Of a stretch of DNA of 64,000 bases, positions 35,033 to 51,100 are shown piece after piece (position 1 is the stretch's first letter; each line of letters begins with the position of its first letter). Below the pieces are notes generated by a model. It searched no databases, was not told the DNA's origin, and saw only the letters and a program-made list of their open reading frames with translations. The DNA comes from Octopus vulgaris (lineage: Eukaryota), in assembly GCA_951406725.2 (NCBI GenBank), contig OX597814.1, forward strand, positions 92,814,001 through 92,878,000, in the 5' to 3' direction. Made by a program: the position numbers and the translations under genes.

Positions 35033-38000
35033 CTAGGAAAAGAAAAAAATACAACAGGCTACTGAAAAGTTCTTGGCTTTGGGTAAAAGAAAATACAGGA
35101 GGATCAGTTAATTATAATTTCATCGAACATATTTCCCTCTCAGATTCACACACTTATTGCGATAGTCCTTTAGTTTTTCTAAGCCTTGTAAGAGAAATCA
35201 GAATATTGGGCCTCCAACCAGGTCTTTTCAGTACTCCATAGCAATGATAAACAATGAAAACTTGTTGGCAAAAATTAGTTGAATGAAGTTCACAAGATGA
35301 ATTAAATTTGTGTTGTGAGGCAGACTTCATGATTTTTTAACTTATTCCATTTTTTTTTTTTAGCTTGTTTTGGTTTTATTACCTTTACATTGCAGGTTAA
35401 CTCTTAACACTGTTAAATATTTTCTGAATCAAAGGCCCACTCCAGTAATGATTCTCTTATAGAACAGAAATGAATGATAGAAGGGATTAGAGTTTTCTTC
35501 TTTACTTTATAGAGATCCTTCTTCAAAATGAATGTAAATAAAGTTAGTATGATTTTTGTGATATTGCTTGTTTCACAACTGACTGATCTATGCAGTCTTC
35601 TATGATACTGTCTTAGAGGACGTTAACAGTTAAATACTTAAAGCTCATAAGACAATTCACCTCCACTAAACCACTACTGCCACTATTGGTAAATCAACAG
35701 TTAGTTGCAGGCTTTTCCCATAAGAGAATTCCCTTCACCAGTGGAATCTAAGAAATTAAATACTTATTTGTGATGGAGTGCTCTCACAGAGTGATATACT
35801 GCATATCTCCTTAGTAATTTGTTTAGCCCAGGGCCTGTTCTGATCAAGTAGACTTCTGATCAACAACATTCTGTCCTTTATTCAGAGGCTGCTTGCTTTA
35901 TCAGTACATTAAGCTCTGTAACATCCAGATTACTCTATCAAATGTAATGCTTACTGATTCACATTCTTTTTAATTAATCATGTATGATCTTGCAACTTCA
36001 AGATTTTGATTGTGTGCTTGTTTTTAGAATGACATTGTAGGGTGGATATGAAAGGCTGAATCTGGCCAGTTTGAAGATAAAATAGAATGTTTTAATTGAA
36101 TATAAAAGTAGAATGTTTGAGCCTGATATGGCTAGTTTAAGTTCTAAAGAGATAAAGTTGTAAATGATTTCAGAACAGCAAGAATATACAAGTATGCATG
36201 TGTTTTCATAACTATTGTTTTTACTTAGTATTTCCTTTTTGATGCTGACATGGGCTGGATGAATCATTCACTAAATAAATACATCAGTACAGGTTTTCAG
36301 CTATTTTTGCATGATGCATCAACCAGCCAGGTCCCTTCCCTGTGACTAGAGGTCAGCTTGCCAAGCTTCTCCAGTTAACCTCTGTATTGTGTTGCATTCT
36401 GACAATCAACCAACCCATTCTTTGATGTTGTCAATCCACAAATATTTTTGATAGCTTCTTGCTCTCTTCCTCTCAACACTTCTTGTCAGGAAGGTCTTGG
36501 GCAATGACTCATGAGGCATAATGCATACAGCTACATCAAAAAACTAAAACTCCTTCTTCTTTACTGTTCCTCTAATAAGCCACTTATTTCATAAATGATT
36601 AACTCACCTGTGAATTGAAATTGGTTGTTCTTCAAAAATTTAATATTTTCTCTTCTTGGTAAACCCATTTCAGCATGTTGCATTTTATCTGATTAAGAAA
36701 GCAATTAAAATCTTTTCTAATAAATGAAAAATCTATAAGACAGACACATGCATTCAATGAGTGTGAAACTACATCGCCTAAGTTCTAATTGCAAGAATAG
36801 AGACTAGAGACAAGAGTTGTTTGAGTATTGTATAGTGAAACTGTACAGCCCTCCCAGTAAAATGTGGTAGTAGCCAGCCATTATAAATAAACCAGTGGCC
36901 GGTCAACAGAAAAAGATCAGAAGAAGGCTGAGGGTACATGTAGATTGTTGATAGTTGTCTCGGTGCTGATATAGTAATTATACTGTGATACTAAATGGAT
37001 ATAATGATCCAACCTTTTCAGGATAATAACACTGTATGACTGGGAGTTGTGCAGTGCCAGATACTAACATCCTGTTGATGACTTCAGAAGATAACAATAT
37101 CTGTCAAAAGACAGATACAACTGTAGCAAAATACTGCTTTATAACAGTGGTGATGAGGAAAAACAAATTTATGCTGAGTGAAAAAAATCATTCACACGGA
37201 GAGTTTAAACTAATTCTTAAGCAAGATACTTTATTCCATGTTGCTCCAGTTTACTGAGCTGTTTGAAATGAGTTGCAACGTCAGTGGTGTCAAGCTGTAT
37301 CAGCTTTTCCCTTGGATGACATTGGTAGCATAGAGAGGGGAGGCTGGTATGCATGGGCGACTGCTTGTCTTCCATAAACAATCTTGTCCAGACTTGTGCC
37401 TCAGAGGGGAACTTTCTTGGTGCAATCCCATGGTCATTCATAACCAAAGGGGGTCATTACCCTTTACAGCGGATTGGATCAATATTTAATTATTTGTCTC
37501 ACTAACAAGTACAATAGAATAAGATAGCTTGTGGAAGTCCCAACACAGTTCTGATTTCTGATAGAGGACAAAGCAGTTACGTCATAAATGCTCTTGAGAA
37601 AGACATGAATAAAACTTAACTTCATACATCTCTATATGTTTTATAGTCTTGTATCTAAGTAAAAAAATAAACATTTACTTGATCATACTTACAAGATGGT
37701 TGCATGGAATGTCTTTGGTTTCTCAGTTCATCAAACCATTTTCTTACAGAATCCACTGTTATGTAACGGTCTTCATAATTATATACTGTATTCTATAAAA
37801 TGATTTTTCTTTAAAATTTGCATATATCAGTTGATTACATTCATATATCAGTTATTTATAACCCCAGGTCAGATCTAATCAGACAGGTCTATAGTTAAAG
37901 GCATTTTAGCCATGACCATTCCATCTTTTTTCCAGACAACATATTCAAAACTATGCATTCAAATTAATATGACCATTTATTTTTAAGATGGCAAAAAGTT

Positions 38001-40306
38001 ATTTGATAGCGTTTTGCTGCTGTTTCTAGTAGATCAAGCCTGTATAGCCTTTCTCATTGATTTGGCATAGAATAGGTAGATAATATGGGTAGCTGGGCTA
38101 ATATTGTAAGTGGAGCCAAATGTTTCATTGTTCTTTGTCTATCACTATCATTCCTTTGAAAATAGTTAATAGGAATTACTATCATTATCATCATCACCAC
38201 CATCTTCATCATCATCATTTTACTGTTCATTTTTCAATGCTTACATGAGTCAAGTGAAATTCTTTGAGGCAGGTTTTCTATAGATTGATGCCCTTCTTGC
38301 CATCAACTCCCTCTCGTTTCCAAGCAAGATGATATATCTCCAAGGCCAAGCATGTTTCCACAAAAGATTATAAAAACAAAGGAGACTGCTTGTATGATAG
38401 TGACACTTATTTACAACTATTGAGCAGTGTCAAGACAAGGGAACAAACACACACACACACATGCACATGCACAAATATATGCTGCAAAGCTTCTTTTAGT
38501 TTCCTTTTAAATTTGCTCACAAGACTTTATTTGGCCTAGGGCTTTAGTAGAAGACACATGCATAAAGTGTCATGCTGTGGGACTGAACTTGAAACCATGT
38601 AATCAAGAACTTAATCTCCTAACTACACAACCATATCTGCGTTATTTAATAACAATTCAATTCAAACCTGAAAAGGAGCTATGTAAGAAAAAAAAACAAA
38701 AACAAAAGCAGGAAAAAAAAACATTCTGTTTCTCTGGTTTTCTCTTCTGCAGCCAACTTCTGTAGGTTCAGTATGGAAAGGTTATAAGGACTCTGATAAA
38801 ATAGCTTGTTGTAGATTCAATTCAGTTTACTATGATGTTTCAGTGGTACTTCAACAGGCTATGGGATAATGGATCATCACCAGAGCGAGTGATTTTGTTA
38901 TTAGCTACATATAAAAAGTAGAAAAAATATCATTGACTTCTTTACCTCATTGGACTGAGGTAATCAAATGAAAAATTCACATATTGTGCCTACTTTTTGC
39001 TTAGTGTTTATTATTAACTCAAACAAATTTATGTAATTTAAAAAAAAATAAAAAGCATTCTACCTATACTAATGTTGTGAAGATACATGGCTCAGTGGTT
39101 ACAGTATCAGGCTCACAATCATGAGGCAATAAGTTCAATTCCCAGACCAGGCTGTGTGCTGTGTTCTTGAGCAAGACACTTTATTTCGTGTTACTCCAGT
39201 TCACTCAGCTGAAGAAATGATTTGCAACATCACTGGTGCCCAGCTGTATCGGCCTTTGCCTTTCCCTTAGATAACCTTGGTAGCATGGAGGCTGTTATGC
39301 ATGGGCGACTACTGGTCTTCCATTTAAACACCCTTGCCCAGACTTGTGTCTCAGAGGGTAACTTTCAAGGTGCAATCCCATTGTCATTCACGGCAGAAGG
39401 GAGTTTTTTTTATTTTACTTATACTAACATACAGGTGCTGGCATAGATGTGTGGTTTAGAAGCTTGCTTTGAAACCACATGGTTGCAGGTTCAGTCCTAC
39501 TACATGGTAGCTCAAGTAAATGTCTTCTTATGTAGGCCTCGGTTGACCAATGCCTTGTGAGTGAATTTGATAGACAGAAAGTGTGGCAGTCCTGTGTGTG
39601 TGTGTGTGTTTGCTGCCTCATCTACTGCTTGACAACAAGTGTTGGTTCATTTTCATCCTTGTAACTTAGTTTAACAAAAGAGACCAATAGAATAAGTACC
39701 AAACTTAAAAATTAAGTACTAGAGTGATTTGTTTGGCCAAAAGCCTTCAAGGTAGTGTCCCTGCATGACCACAGTCCCATGACTGAAACAAATCATAATC
39801 ATCATTACATTATTATAGATTTAAATAGAAATTTGAATTTAAAAATACATACAAACACTGTAGTAGTATGAAGAAACGAGTGTAAACCAGAAAGAAAACA
39901 ACAATTTCTACATACCTCTGAAAAATATACAACAGATAATGCTGGTGTAGATGGATTTTCAAAATATGTTTCCAGTAATTCAGTTCCAAAATTGTTGAGA
40001 GCAGTTCTAATTAGAGAAGAGAAATTTAATGAGGCTGATGAAAATACAAGGATTTGGATTTTTATCTGAATTCTGAAGAAACACTTTAATATCTAAACTG
40101 GCTATATCCAGCCCAAATATCCTATCATAGGCGTAGGAGTGGCTGTGTGCTAAATAGCTTGCTTACCAATCACATGGTTCTGGGTTCAGTCCCACTGCGT
40201 GGCACCTTGGGCAAGTTTCTTCTACTATAGCCTTGGGCCGACCAAAGCCTTGTGAGTGGATTTGGTAGACGGAAACTGAAAGAAGCCCGTCGTATATATG
40301 TATATG

Positions 40307-40359
<53 letters not shown>

Positions 40360-43300
40360 GTGTGTATATGTTTGTGTGTCTGTGTTTGTCCCCCCAACAT
40401 CGCTTGACAACCGATGCCGGTGTGTTTACGTCCCTGTAACTTAGCGGTTCAGCAAAAGAGACCGATAGAATAAGTACTAGGCTTACAAAGAATAAGTCCT
40501 GGTGTCGATTTGCTTGACTAAAGGCGGTGCTCCAACATAGCCACAGTCAAAATGACTGAAACAATAGAGTATCTATTTTCTCTTCAAACTGGCTATATCT
40601 GGCTCCAATATTCTACATGTTTTATGTTCAAACTGGCTATATCCAAATCAAATATTCTATCTGTTTTGTGTTCTGACCAACCATATCCAGCCCAAATATT
40701 CTACCGGTTTTATATTCTGACTGGCCTCTCATACCTACCCTACAATGTTGTTCTACCTCAAGTGTGATCGTTACTTTGAGCGTGATCGTTACCTGCGTTG
40801 CCTTAGCTGGTGGCACATGAAAAAACATTCAAGCGAAGTCGTTGCCAGTACCGCTGGACTGGCTCCTGTGCAGGTGGCACATAAAAAGCACCATTTGAGC
40901 ATGGCCGTTGCCAGTACCGCCTGATTGGCTCTTGTGCCGGTAGCACATAAAAGCACCCACTACACTCTCGGGGTGATTGGTGTTAGGAAAGGCATCCAGC
41001 TGTAGAAACTATGCCAGGTCAGATTGGAGTCAGGTGCAGCCATCTGGTTCACAAGACCTCAGTCAAATAGTCCAACTCATGCTAGCATGGAAAGCGAACG
41101 TTAAACAACAACAACAACGACGACGATGATGATGATCATCATCATGATCATGATCATGATCATGATGATCATCATCATCATCATTTAATGTCCATTATCC
41201 TTGCTTGCATGGGTAGGGCAGTTTGACAGGTGCTGGCCATCTGAAGAGCAGCCCAGGTTCCATGTCTGTTTTGGCATGGTTTCTACAGCTGGATGCCCTT
41301 TCTAATGTTATATATTTAAAAAGCCTGTTTTGTGGTTGTTATTAAAAGATGAAATATAGCATACTTACACATTTATCCAAGTGAAAACCATATCTTGACC
41401 AAGCTTAGACATAGACAACTGCTGAATATTTGAATAAGATTCTTCCTCCATAGATTTTATAAACAGAATTACAAGTGGCTGCCCAGATTGTAGGATCTTG
41501 GGCAAAATGTCTGGAAAAAGTTCCATCTGAAAGTTAAGAGACAAAAAAATGATTATTCACAAAAAAGTAATTGCAAAATATAAAATAGGCTTTGAATATA
41601 TATTAGACATTTTTTGGTGCAAGACAAATGTGGAATTAGACTATGAAATTCCCATTTGGAAAATTCATCAGAAACACATTTTTTTTATATAATTCACTGA
41701 CTTAATTTTTCTTAATGTTCATAATAATAATTATGATAATAGTCATAATAATAATAATAGTAAAGTCTATTTGCTAACCCAATGTGGCAGTCCTATGTAG
41801 GATGATGTTACTACTTTTTAGCCCATGGGAAACATCTTTTCCAGCTGGCTACCAACACATGATCTATATTCGTATACTGTGAGCAAGGGAGTCTACTGCT
41901 GCCTTTCTAGCTATAGAGATACCTGTAGACCAATGGTTTCTGGATAATTTCTCTTCATTGGCACAGGACAACAGATGGCTAGAGATACCAGCCACTAGCT
42001 CTTACTCATAATAATAATAATAATAATAATAATCCATACTACTAAAAGCACAAAGTCGAAATTTTGGGGGAGAGGACTGCTACTTAATTTATCGAACCCA
42101 AAAGGATGAAAGGCTATCTTGACCTCAGTGGAAGGTAGAATAGTGGAGGGAGAGAGAATGAAGGTGGTGGCTGTGGTGTTATGTAAACTCTAGTCAGTCT
42201 TGAGAAGATGAATAATATATAGATTATGTTAGTTTGGACTGGTCTCTAATAGGTAATTGGTCACATGACTTGCTGGTGATCCACTGTAAGATCAAAGGTT
42301 CTTAACCTTACTTTTTTTAACTTTGTAGCCCCCTCCCTCCTTCACCAGCCTTTTAAATAGTCATTATACCTAGCATCCACTTAAATTTACTTCATACTTT
42401 GCAAGTTAATAACTTTACTGAGTCTGATGTGAGAATTTTATTTTTATAACCATTTTATTTTTATGTAATTATACACACACACACACACACACAAAATGGG
42501 CTTCTTTTAATTTCCATCGACCAAATCCACACAGGTTAGCCCAGGGCTATATTTTTATTTTATAACCCTTTTATTTTTATAACCATTACTAATTTTGTTT
42601 CATGGGATAGAAGAGTTGCTGAAGAGGTCACAGATGTGTGATGAAAGATTTCCAGACATTGGACATAAGATAAAATAAGAATAATAACAGAATAAAGAAC
42701 AGATATATAGTGCATGTGTTTATTTGGCAAGAAAAAGAAAACGACCCTCCCAAAATATAACATCGCTAGTTTTATTATGCATAAAATAATTACTACAACA
42801 GGTAAAATTTAGTATGTTAATTGTTACCTCACCGCACCCTAAAGCCTAATGCCCCCTTCGACATGTCCAGTGCCCCCTTGGGAGTGATACCAACCACACT
42901 GAGAATCTCTGGAATAAATGGATAATGATCATCATTAGATGATAATGGATAATTATCATCTAATGATGATAATGAATAGAATTCTACTGTGATCATTAAA
43001 GAATGAAGCTGAAATAAAAAGAATACTTACAAAATGAGATTTATAAGAATTTTTCACAAATGTTGTCATTGCTGGTACAGAAAACTGGTCAACCATTTTG
43101 TTGATTGACAGATCTTGGTTTGTCCACTTGAGAGTCAACACAGAAGGTACAGCCACTTGTTGTAGATGGCCACTGCCAATATATAATAAGTAAATGGAAT
43201 AAATATTTCATCTTTTAATATAATAAGCGCAAATATCAGTGTGTCCACACTTTTTCAACTTTACTCCTAGAGACCATAGCCCAACATATCATACCATTTT

Positions 43301-44051
43301 GGAATCAGGCCGACTCCTTGAGTAAATTAAAAACATTTTGAATTCGATCTCCACCATTCACTATCATTTCTTCCCCTGGCTTACAGCGATGTCCATGAGC
43401 AGGCTAAGATTTCTCCCTTCTTTTTTTCATACATACATACATTTGTCTACCGTTTAAATGTTTTGAACTTATAACCACCAATCTGCTTTGCTTTTCTTTT
43501 CTTTCTACATGCCACCCTAAAAACATCGCCATTCCCGCCCGTTTCTCTAAAGTTCAACCTTCGCATATTCCCGGTGCACCCGCCCTTGCCCACCTCCACC
43601 ACCAATACCGGATATCTCTATATTTTTGTTCCATCTATACCGGATGTCGCTTCTCCCACCACCATTATAGGTGTCTACTCTTCGAACCCCCTCTTCAACA
43701 CGCTATTTCACCATGCATTACCCCTCTCTTGATATCCTACGTTCTACTTGCCTAGAACCTGTCATCATTTCTCTGAACCACCTCTCCCCACTGGTGCTCC
43801 CCTATATATTTCTGCACCCCCCCCACACATAAAAAGCACCATCCGAACGTGGCCGATGCCAGACCCCTCTGGCACCTGTGCAGGTGGCACGTAAAAAACA
43901 CCCACTACACTCGCGGAGTGGTTGGCGTTAGGAAGGGCATCCAGCTGTAGAAACACTGCCAGACTAGACTGGAGCCTGGGGCAGTCCCGAGCTCCCCAGA
44001 CCCCGGTCGAAACCGTCCAACCCGTGCTAGCGCGGAAAACGGACGTTAAAC

Positions 44052-44083
<32 letters not shown>

Positions 44084-45164
44084 GAATCCAGACTCGCAAT
44101 CCTGAAATTTTGGATTCCCAAATTTTCATTACTGCAATTGTTTTTGGAAATTTTTTGCAACAAATTTTTTTGTATGATAACAGTCTTTATAACTTGGAAA
44201 TAAATTTGGGGAATAATCAAAATTAATTCCAAAATCCAGTGATTATTTTGGGGGATTTTTTTTACATGATCTTTTGTGATGAATATTGGGAGTCATCATT
44301 GGGATATGACTCTGGAGGAAGCAATTGCAACAGATTCTTCAAAACAAGTTTACGGACCTTCCCATTCTGGGTCAATGACTTAAAAATCATATGCTAGCTT
44401 AAAATATATTTTATACAACATTCATCATTATCATCATCATCATTTAATGTCCGTTTTCCATGCTAGCATGGGTTGGACGGTTTGACTGGGGTCTGGGAAG
44501 CCAGAAGGCTGTGCCAGGCTCTAGTCTGATCTGGCAGTGTTTGTACAGCTTGAAGCCCTTCCTAACACCAACCACTCCGTGAGTGTAGTGGGTGCTTTTT
44601 ACGTGCCACTGACAACATGTGCCACTGGCAACATGTGCCAGTGGCAACACGTGCCACTGGCAACACCCACGATTGGTTGGTACTTTTTACATGCCACCAA
44701 TAATACTTTCTGTAATTTTGGCTGGGATGGGGAGAAAATGAATTACATTGACCTGAGTAGTTGACTAGTACTTTATTTTATTGACCCCAAAATGATGAAA
44801 AGTCAACCTGACTTTGGTAGGATTTGAACTCAGAACATAAAGAGCTGGAAGAAATATTGTTAAGCATTTTATCTGTTCTAAAAATTCTGCTGGTTCACAA
44901 CCTTAATAATAATAATAATAATAATCCTTTCTACTATAGGCACAAGGCCTGAAATTTGAGGGAGGGGGATAGTTGATTACATCAACCCCAATGCTCAGTG
45001 GATACTTATTTTACCAACCCCCAACAAAATAAAGGGCAAAGTCAACCTTGGTAAAATTTGAACTTAGAACATAAAGATGAAAGAAATGCTACAAAGCATT
45101 TTACCCAGTATGTTAATGATTCTGCCACCTTGCCACCTTAATATGACGACGACGACGACGACGA

Positions 45165-45198
<34 letters not shown>

Positions 45199-48003
45199 GG
45201 TGGTTATGGTGGTGGTGGTGGTGGTGGTAATGATGGTGGTAGTGGTGGTGGCATGACAACGATAATAACAGCAACAATAACAACAACAACAATAATAGTC
45301 TTTCTAATTTTCAGTACAGGTCTTTGATCCAATAATAACTTTCTCGTTTCCTGCCAATGAGAGGGGCCTTGGAAAGTGGTTTGGACACTGCATTTCTACC
45401 ACTGATTAAGGCATCATCCCAAGAACCAATGGGTGGCTTCAGATGAAGCTTTCAGGGATGTTTGGCCTTATGCCTAGCATAAACTGATTAGATTTTGGGA
45501 TTGATCCAGTACTGGGCAAGGATTCTGGATTATTTTTCCATTTTTTTACTTAATTTTTGTGAGTAGCCAGGTTCATTTTTAGCATTTTCATTTGTGAGAG
45601 CAGTCGAGTTTATTTCAGATTTTCTCATTTTAAAAATCATCTCCGGCTACTCGTTGGTGTTGCCTAGGCAGAGGCTTGTGCTCTCTGAGTGCTCTTGTTA
45701 CTTCTAATTTTAGTTTATTTGTCTAAGTTCTTTTGTGGCACATTCTGTGACCTCTTCAAAAACTTTCTGTCCCATATGCCTTATTTTGTCCTGTATATCC
45801 ATTTTGTCTTTCTGACAGATAGACAAAATGGAAATTGGCAAATGATGACCATCCCCATCATCATCCTCATCATCATCGTTTAAAGTCCGCTTTCCATGCT
45901 AGCATGAGTTGGACGGTTTGACTGAGGCTGGCAAACCAGATGGCTGCACCAGGCTTCAGTCTTGATCTGGCAGAGTTTCTGCAGCTGGATGCCCTTCCTA
46001 ATGCCAACCACTCCAAGAGTGTATTGGGTGCTTTTATGTGCCACTGGCATGGGCGCCAGTCAGGCGGTACTGGCAATGACCTCACTCGAATCTTTTTACA
46101 CATGCCAATGGCACAGGTGCCATGTGTAAAAAGATTTGAGCGAGGTTGTTGCCAGTACTGCCTGTTTCAACACACCATTTCATTTCAAGAAACTTGCAAA
46201 ACAAATATGTAAACATAGGAAGAGAGAATGATATGATATAATTTCTTGAGTTTCCAAATGAACAGGTTTTAATAACTTTCAGCAGTAAAGAAATAAAGGT
46301 GATGAGGTCAAGGCCTGATAATTCTACCATTCAATGACTTAATTCATAGAAAGAAAATGTAGCTTATCTTACAAATAAGCTGCATCAGAACCAGTGAGTA
46401 GAATAAACAATGCTGTCCCTTTTTCTGCTTTGGCAACTTTGTAGAATTTCTTGATTTCTGTCAATAAAATATAAATATGAGAAATGGAAATATATGGAAA
46501 TATCACTTAAATATTGATATATTTTGGGATGGTCGTTTTTTTTTTTTTGCCAAATAAACACATGCACTAACTATTCAGTCTTCACTCATTTATTAAAAGA
46601 AAAAAATGAATGTCCTGAAATATAACAATATCTCTTTGAATACACAGATTCATCATCACCATCATCATCATCACCATCGTCATTTAACGTCTGTTTTTCA
46701 TGCTGGCATGGGTTGGACGGTTTGAATGAAAACTGGCAAGTTGGGGAGCTGTACCAGGTTCCAGTCTGATTTGGCATGGTTTCTACAGCTAGATACTCTT
46801 CCAAATGCCAACCACTCCAAGAGTTTAGTGGGTGCATTTTATGTGCTACAGGCACAGGTGCCAGTTACATAACACTGGCACCGGCCATGATTACGGTCTC
46901 ACTTGGCTTGACAGGTCTTCTCAAGCACAGCATATCTCCCAATATGTAAAAAGGGTGCTTTTTACATACCAGTTACTAGACACTGGCACTGGCCATGACT
47001 ATGAACACACTCGGCTTGATGGGTCTTCTCAAGCATGGCATATTGCCAAAGGTCTCAGTCACTTGTCATTACGTACATGAGGCCCAACATTGAAAGATCA
47101 TGCTTCACCACCTTGTCCCATATCTTTCTGAGTCTACCGCTTTCACAGGTTCTGTCCATTGTTCAGCACTTCTTCACACAGCTGTCCTTGTCTATACGCA
47201 TCATACGACCATATCAATGCAGTCATCTCTCTTGTGCACCACATCTGATGCCTCTTATACGATGGGTTTCTTTCAGTTTCCATCTACCAAATCTACTCTC
47301 AAGGCTTTGGTCGGCCTGAGGCTATAGTAGAAGACATTTGCCCAAGGTGCCAAGCAACCAAGCAGTGGGACTGAATCTGAAACTATGTAGTTGGGAAGCA
47401 AGCTGCTTACCACACAGCCATGCCTGCGCCTATATATATATATATATATATATATATACTACAAAATTAGAGAATGGAGAAACATACTTAAATCAGTAAA
47501 ACATCAACTATCCGATGATATTCAATCCATACTTTAATACACCATTACATATGAGTAAAGGCAATATATAAAATGAAATGAGATACACAGTAATAGTAAA
47601 AGTAAAAAGATAAAGAGATATAAGTAAAAAATTTCAAATATAATATGCAAATAAATCAAAACTGACAGCTGTTTCGGCAGTGAGGACAGTCATACCTCAT
47701 TTAACCTATAAGCCATAAAGGCAGGTATAAATGAGGCATTAACAAGGATGCCCCACGGCCTCTTCAGAGAATTAAATTAAATTTGTTATAATAGTGAAAA
47801 ATATTATATAATCATATACATATAAATATAAAAATATAAAAATGTAAAATATAAAAACTTATACATCATAATGCTACACTTATATAATATAATACACATT
47901 TGTACAAAAAGGAAGGTAAACAGAACAAAATAAAACAAAATATATAACAGTGTATATATTAATATTAATAAGTACCGATATTATACATATTTGGCTAATA
48001 GTT

Positions 48004-48038
<35 letters not shown>

Positions 48039-48125
48039 CTAACACATATGGAGATGAAAAATAATAATTAAATCCGTGGTACAGTTCATAAAATTCTAAA
48101 GCTATAAAAGTTAATAAAAATTACT

Positions 48126-48179
<54 letters not shown>

Positions 48180-51100
48180 TAATAATAATAAAAAATACTA
48201 AAAATAGATACAGTTAAGTTAGCACCAAGTCCATCCTTTCAAGATCGAAATAACTATGAGTTAAGAAATGCTGACCACTAGGTAAAGAAAATTTAGATTA
48301 ATTCGATTGGCTATTGGTTTGAAATTTAAATCACAAAAGAAAATTATACGGTTGGTTAGTCAAGGAACGCCAATATTCACACACGCATCTACAGATCAAA
48401 CGCACATACACACATAGTTATATGTATATACATACACTTATACACATACACAATCACAAGCAACAACTAGCACTTAGATAAACAAAAAAGGGAAGCAACT
48501 ATGCTAACATTTAGTCCTTCAAAATTACAACTGAGCCTCAATAACAAAAAAAGAACCATCCATGCATTCTATAAAATATTTAATTTAGATATAAATATAT
48601 TTTTAAATATCAGTATGTTACTAATTCAGATAATTATTTCATGGGTAACTTAAAATTTATAACACCGGTTTGTTACAGAGTAAACATACGGTTGTTAGGT
48701 TTATCGTAAGTTTGTTATGATTTTAAGTACGCTAAATTATAAAATATAAAAAAATATATATTAATTTAAATATTATAAATAAGTCACTTATTAACTTAAT
48801 AAATATAGTGCCATAATATACCAGTTTAGGCATTAAAGAATAGAAGAGGAAGTATTAATGTAAACGCTTATGAGAACATCACAGAAATTTTAAATAAATT
48901 TTATATTATAAAGACTTAAGATGAAAAGAGATGAAATAAATAAAAAGGAATAAATACGAAGGAATAAATACGGTTATATACATAATTATAAGTACAAACT
49001 AGTATATATGTATTCATATATTATTAAAATTAAATAAAAATAAATGATAGATATGTATGTATAAAACTACACCAGTATAAGTAAATAAGTAAAAAATAAA
49101 TAGGTAACAAATTAGATGACTTGATATGTATGTAAACATCTACACTTAAATAGGCAAATAAATAAATGAATAGAAGACTAGATGCAAAGATTGATAATAT
49201 TACAATAAAATGGGAAATAAATAAAAATAAATAAAGTGAATATATATATTTTATATTGTTGAAAGTAAATATGTATGGAAGGATAGTTTAAAGTACAGAT
49301 CCAGAGGACTATAGATATAAACTAAATATATGAGGCTGGTAATAATTATAAAGCAAAATGCATGTAAATGAGAAAATGAAAAAAAATGAAAAAGGTTTAT
49401 CAGTGAATAGCATAAGATACAAATTAAGGTGAGTACAAAAAGACCAAATATATAATAAAAACCTTCCAAATAAACACATACAAGAAACCTATAATCTCAA
49501 CCTAAACCCACCAAACTCACAAAAGGCTCTCATATATTACATATTATACAATATCATTACATTATCTAGAGCTAGGTATCTAACCAAGATATACATATAT
49601 ACTATGCAATATACTATGCAATATTGGAAAACTTCAAAAATCACACATTACAAGGCAAATACCAAAATGAATATGTTATTTTATGTCATATTGCATTTCT
49701 CTTAAAAAAACAAACAAAAACCCACATACAAAAACCAAGAAACCAATAATACTAGACACATCCATTAATTATTATACAAATGTAGCTATAAAAATTATAA
49801 AATTATGAAATTTATAAATTGTATACTTTAGAATTATAGAAGACCACAGGTATATTTAGTTAAAGAAGGGAATTAAAAAAATTAATAATAGTGGAAGTGC
49901 TAAGTTCTATTTGAATCTAGAAAAGGTGAACGGTAGCCTATGAATACAAAAGAAGTTTTTCTCATTAATGTTGTTAATAATTTGCCGACCCGCTTTAATA
50001 ATGAAGAAAATTTCATTAATACATAGAGAGCATTTTTTATTTTTTCCATTATACACAGGTGCTGAAGTTAGTATTTTCCAGTTTAATCTAAAATCTAAGT
50101 TCTTACTTTTAAGTTCCCAAATGTATGCACTTAGCCCTGTAGAGTACATTCTATTTTTATTCCTAAAAGTATATCTGTGATAATTCCATCTTTGTTTTAT
50201 GCTATTCATAGTTGCCCCGATATACACCCTACTACTCAATTGTGTATCTACAGTGCATTGGTAAACTACCTCCTTCCTGAGGCATTGATTACCAAATACA
50301 CATTTATTTTTATTTCTGAAATTACAAAGATTAACAGAATGAGGAAATCTAAGATTGGACACCACCCCTATACTACTATTCACATTATAAGTGTTACAAT
50401 TGTTATCATCATCCAAACCCAAAATCAACGAATGAGTTAATTTCACATTATCGGCTATATTCCTATCACTAGTACTAGTATTGGTAGTAGTAGTATGATC
50501 TATTACATTTATATTATCTCTGACAGGTATGGTGCACTCATTATTAGTAAGGAGGTTGTTCCCATTTGTTCCAAGAAAATTTCTATTCCTATTATTAATG
50601 AAGAGGGGCAAGTTTTCCTGGTCTAAATTCAATTTTCTATCCTTATAGAAGTGATCCAGTTTCTTGTTATTAAAAGAGGAGATAATGGTGGCTAGATTAT
50701 GAGTAATGCTATATCCCACTCTAACAGTACCGTTGTTAATTAAAGGACTAAATTTATTCCTATCCTTACCGAAATGCCTAAAAATAATATTATGCAAAGC
50801 TCTCACTATGTTTGTTTTAATCTGCATTGCATACGGGATAATCAACCAAAGAGTATCCTTATCAGAATTAGGATTGCCTATAGAATTAATGTTATTTGTA
50901 AAAATCCTATTCGTAGACCAACTCATAGGATTACTATTCTTACCACTGTTATTATTATATCTATCTATATCAATATTACCATGGTTATTGCGCAAGTAAA
51001 CTTTACCAATATCATGTCTACCATAAGTTTTAATTCGTATATTATTATTAATATTACTACTATTACCCGTATGCTTAGATCTATTTGAGCTACCGTTCAC

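Noticed and set aside
40129-40205. tRNA genes at SINE heads (also ~39085, ~27245)
   Set aside because: A/B boxes are present but there is no complete cloverleaf, and each runs into a SINE body.
42294-42912. Possible hAT-type MITE (CAAAGGTTCTTAACC...CTGAGAATCTCTG)
   Set aside because: TIR match is weak and no clear 8-bp target duplication; not supportable.
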